This document shows, in pieces, positions 29,331-32,000 of a DNA stretch of 32,000 bases. The stretch's first letter is position 1. Each line of letters starts with the position of its first letter. The DNA comes from an uncultured Melioribacter sp. Its GTDB lineage: Bacteria; Bacteroidota; Ignavibacteria; Ignavibacteriales; Melioribacteraceae. The notes under the pieces are model-generated. The model was not told where the DNA came from. It was given only the letters and a program-made list of their open reading frames with translations, and did not search any database. The stretch is taken from assembly GCA_964539605.1 (NCBI GenBank), contig CAZIJK010000001.1:1106729-1138728 (forward strand), given 5' to 3'. The position numbers were made by a program, and so were the translations under genes.

Positions 29331-30818
29331 ATGAAAAATTGTTTAGGCAAAAATATTATTTATTCCCTTTTTGTTTTTTTATTACAAATCCTTGCAAACT
29401 CCTGCAAGTTAGATGTCACTCAAGAAATTCCAGAGCCTCTTTATCCAATTGCCAGCTATAAAATATTTATTAAAACAAATCCTGCAGGCTTTTCGGTTTT
29501 TTTAGATAATAAAAACATGGGTATTAATACCCCGGACACTATTAGATCTGTTACCGATGGAATTCACAGACTTGTTTTAAAACATCCCTATTTTATAGAC
29601 ACATTGATGAATATTAATACATCCTTAACAAAGAGTATATATGTAGACCTTTTAGAAAAAGAGGAAATGATGAGTTCCTTATTTGTTAACTCTATTCCAA
29701 TTGGGGCCAATATATATTACGATGGCAAAGATATAAGTAAAAAAACTCCAATTACATTGCGCGGATTGATGCCAGGAGTTCATAACCTTAAACTAACTGC
29801 AAACAGATGTCGGGATGACAGTGTGGAAGTTAAATTATATTCAAAAACCATGGCTCAGGTTACAGTTGAACTCGATGATACAACTTATGTAATTGTATAT
29901 AACACAAAAAATTCAACCATTATTTCCAATTCACTAAAAAAAATTGTTGTTGATATAGACAATACAATATGGATCGCTTCTGTAGATAAAGGATTGTTCA
30001 CTCATAAAAACCAAGTATTCACCCAAGTACGTTCTTTGGCAATTTTAAGTAATTCTGTTATTAACGACTTGTTGATTGATACAAAACATAAAAGACTTTG
30101 GGTTGCAACATCTTCCGGCTTAGCAATGTTTGATGGTGTTAAATGGACTCAGTTTGCCGAAGATTTTTTAGCTACTAGTATTACGGCCCTTGCCGAAGAT
30201 AAATTTGGGAATATTTTTGTAGGTACAAATAAAGGATTGGCAAAACTTAATAATTCATCATGGCAATTATTTAGCAAAGAGCAGGGAACAATTCCGGCAA
30301 ACGACATAACATGCATTACAATTGATAATTACAATAACATTTGGGTAGGCACTTCAAGTTTAGGTGCATTGATGCACAATGGAATAATTTGGCAGGTGTT
30401 CGACAATGCAAGCGGAATATTTCAAGAACTGTTTGTCGGCACCGCACAAATCTCAAATTACGTTCAGTCAATTTCGTACGATAAGTTTAACGAAGCCATT
30501 TATATTTACTTTAAAATATTTCCGAAAGATGAGGCTAAAGCTCTTGTGGCTAAGTATCAATTAAAAACTTGGTCGGTTTATTATCCATCTATTTTACCAA
30601 TCGATTTGGAAAATTTCTTTTTTTATAGTCCACAAACGTATTGGGAATTAAATGTTGAAAGCGGGGCAGTTAGAATAACGGCAGATGGATTACGAAAGTA
30701 CTACAATAAATCTAATACAAGATTGCTAGCAAATCATTTTACTTCTGCTGCAAAAGATTTGCAGGGAGATCTTTGGTTTACTACAATGGGGGGAGGTTTA
30801 ATGAAGTTAAAATATTAA
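29331..30818 (+). CDS. paralogous lipoprotein: two PEGA domains plus a seven-blade Reg_prop-type beta-propeller
   Basis: Colinear with 27760..29217. 'IKTNPAGFSVFLDNKNMGINTPDT' matches 'VETNPSGFNIYVDNKNMGLKTPDT'. Blades: 'DIDNTIWIASVDKGLF', 'DTKHKRLWVATSSGLAMF', 'EDKFGNIFVGTNKGLAKL' and 'DNYNNIWVGTSSLG'. The C-terminal 'DLWFTTMGGGLMKLKY' matches 'IVWVTTMGGGLIKLKKGF'. Probable lipobox 'ILANSC'. Confidence 0.75.
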   Translation: MKNCLGKNIIYSLFVFLLQILANSCKLDVTQEIPEPLYPIASYKIFIKTNPAGFSVFLDNKNMGINTPDTIRSVTDGIHRLVLKHPYFIDTLMNINTSLTKSIYVDLLEKEEMMSSLFVNSIPIGANIYYDGKDISKKTPITLRGLMPGVHNLKLTANRCRDDSVEVKLYSKTMAQVTVELDDTTYVIVYNTKNSTIISNSLKKIVVDIDNTIWIASVDKGLFTHKNQVFTQVRSLAILSNSVINDLLIDTKHKRLWVATSSGLAMFDGVKWTQFAEDFLATSITALAEDKFGNIFVGTNKGLAKLNNSSWQLFSKEQGTIPANDITCITIDNYNNIWVGTSSLGALMHNGIIWQVFDNASGIFQELFVGTAQISNYVQSISYDKFNEAIYIYFKIFPKDEAKALVAKYQLKTWSVYYPSILPIDLENFFFYSPQTYWELNVESGAVRITADGLRKYYNKSNTRLLANHFTSAAKDLQGDLWFTTMGGGLMKLKY

Positions 30819-30843
30819 TTCAGCATTGCGAAATAATTCCTAA

Positions 30844-32000
30844 TTAGTTTATCAAGTAATCGAGCTGAATATTCAAACGGTTATCTTTGTTGCCATTAAT
30901 CAGGTTATCGCCGCTTCCTAAAAACTTTTCATCCGGCTTATAAAGTTCGGAATATTTTAATGATAGGCTTAAACCAATAGGGAATGAATATTTTGCCATC
31001 AAATACCATCTTAACCCAACTCCATACAAAGGGGTATTTGTAACTATTCCTGCCAAATCATTTTCGAATTCATATACTCTGGATAAGTAGGAGTCGGTTT
31101 TAAAATAAATTATCCTTCCATAAACGTTAATGTGTTCCCCATATGAGTATCTAACATCCTGAAAACACAAAAATCCATATTCATTTGTACTTGTAAAATT
31201 TGTTTTAACCAGTTCAAACCTTGAGCGAAGATTAATATCTTTGAAAAGGGTATGCTGGTACTCTCCTCTAATGTTTTGCTTAGATAAGTTTGATAATATA
31301 TTTATCCCTTCAACTTTTGTCTCCTCTTCGCTCAATTCATATTTATATTTTACATTAATGCTGTTTTGCCCCTTTAACTTAAGAGTGTAGTTCAACAAAA
31401 AATCGTATCCATTAGAACTGAAAGGCAGCTTTTGACTGGTCGAGAATTTTTTATATTGGTCAAAGTAAAAGTTAAAATTGCCGAATGCGGTTGTTACTTT
31501 TGCACCTAAATAAAAACCCTCTTCATTTTGTGGGTGCGAGCTTTCTCCAAATGCGCCCGAGTGATTATTCCAATAATCCCTTCCATAATTTCTATAAGAA
31601 AAAATTATAGACATATTCTTGCTTAAGTAGATATCCAAAGTATTAAGAGTGGCTAGGCTATTCTTGTAAAATGAGGTTTCCCCAGTAATGTTTAACTTGC
31701 CAACATTAGCCGAATAACCGGAAGATAAATAGCTAAAGCTGTTTTCCATTTCCCGTAATGCAAAGTCACTTTCAAAATTATAGTTATAAGTGGAATTGTA
31801 ATAAAGCAATCCAACAGAGCCGATATTAAAATTATATTTAAGTGCCGAGCCAAATAGCCGTTCGGTCACCTTATCTTTTTTACTCTTTTCATTTTCGCTT
31901 CTATGATAGCCATCAACAAATAACGAGGTAATGCTTTGAGTCCAAGGATCTAAATTGGCATCCAAATATCGGTATGAATAAAATGTGTTCAAGGTAAAAC
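30844..32000 (-). CDS. hypothetical protein, C-terminal part with beta-barrel-like composition; 5' end beyond the window
   Basis: The reading frame stays open to the right window edge; the ORF-track start at 31992 is a TTG with sense codons upstream. The sequence is rich in Y/N/S/F with alternating hydrophobic pattern ('LKYNFNIGSVGLLYY', 'FNFYFDQYKKF', 'LSLSLKYSELY', 'RLNIQLDYLIN'), consistent with an OM barrel. I did not recognise a family. Confidence 0.45.
   Translation of the reverse strand, partial: FTLNTFYSYRYLDANLDPWTQSITSLFVDGYHRSENEKSKKDKVTERLFGSALKYNFNIGSVGLLYYNSTYNYNFESDFALREMENSFSYLSSGYSANVGKLNITGETSFYKNSLATLNTLDIYLSKNMSIIFSYRNYGRDYWNNHSGAFGESSHPQNEEGFYLGAKVTTAFGNFNFYFDQYKKFSTSQKLPFSSNGYDFLLNYTLKLKGQNSINVKYKYELSEEETKVEGINILSNLSKQNIRGEYQHTLFKDINLRSRFELVKTNFTSTNEYGFLCFQDVRYSYGEHINVYGRIIYFKTDSYLSRVYEFENDLAGIVTNTPLYGVGLRWYLMAKYSFPIGLSLSLKYSELYKPDEKFLGSGDNLINGNKDNRLNIQLDYLIN

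Overview
Visibly AT-rich chromosomal segment. Its gene content resembles the FCB group (Bacteroidota/Ignavibacteriota-like): several CarboxypepD_reg-type outer-membrane barrels, secreted glycosidases and lipoproteins. No mobile element, CRISPR array or rRNA is visible. Left to right: (1) the 3' two-thirds of a GH2 beta-galactosidase paralog broken by one in-frame TAG; (2) a large OM beta-barrel protein with a poly-Gly/Arg insert; (3) an alpha/beta-hydrolase tightly coupled to a soluble GAF-GAF-PAS hybrid histidine kinase; (4) a same-strand galactoside/Leloir locus: LacI-family regulator with a perfect palindromic operator, SGLT-like Na+/solute symporter, a 71-aa two-TM protein, galK, galT, a secreted GH2 LacZ and a secreted GH63-like hydrolase; (5) tRNA-Ser(GCU) with a bidirectional terminator; (6) a minus-strand TonB-dependent receptor preceded by a small His-cluster secreted protein; (7) acetyl-CoA synthetase; (8) the most unusual part, a four-gene cluster: TonB-dependent-receptor-like barrel, a DUF4249-like lipoprotein, and two tandem paralogous lipoproteins that each fuse two PEGA domains to a seven-blade Reg_prop-type beta-propeller with no signalling output; (9) a convergent beta-barrel-like ORF running off the right edge. 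My best candidate for an undescribed system is the cluster at 24513..30818, a SusD-independent capture/import module. All domain calls come from motif recognition by eye and need HMM or structure confirmation.
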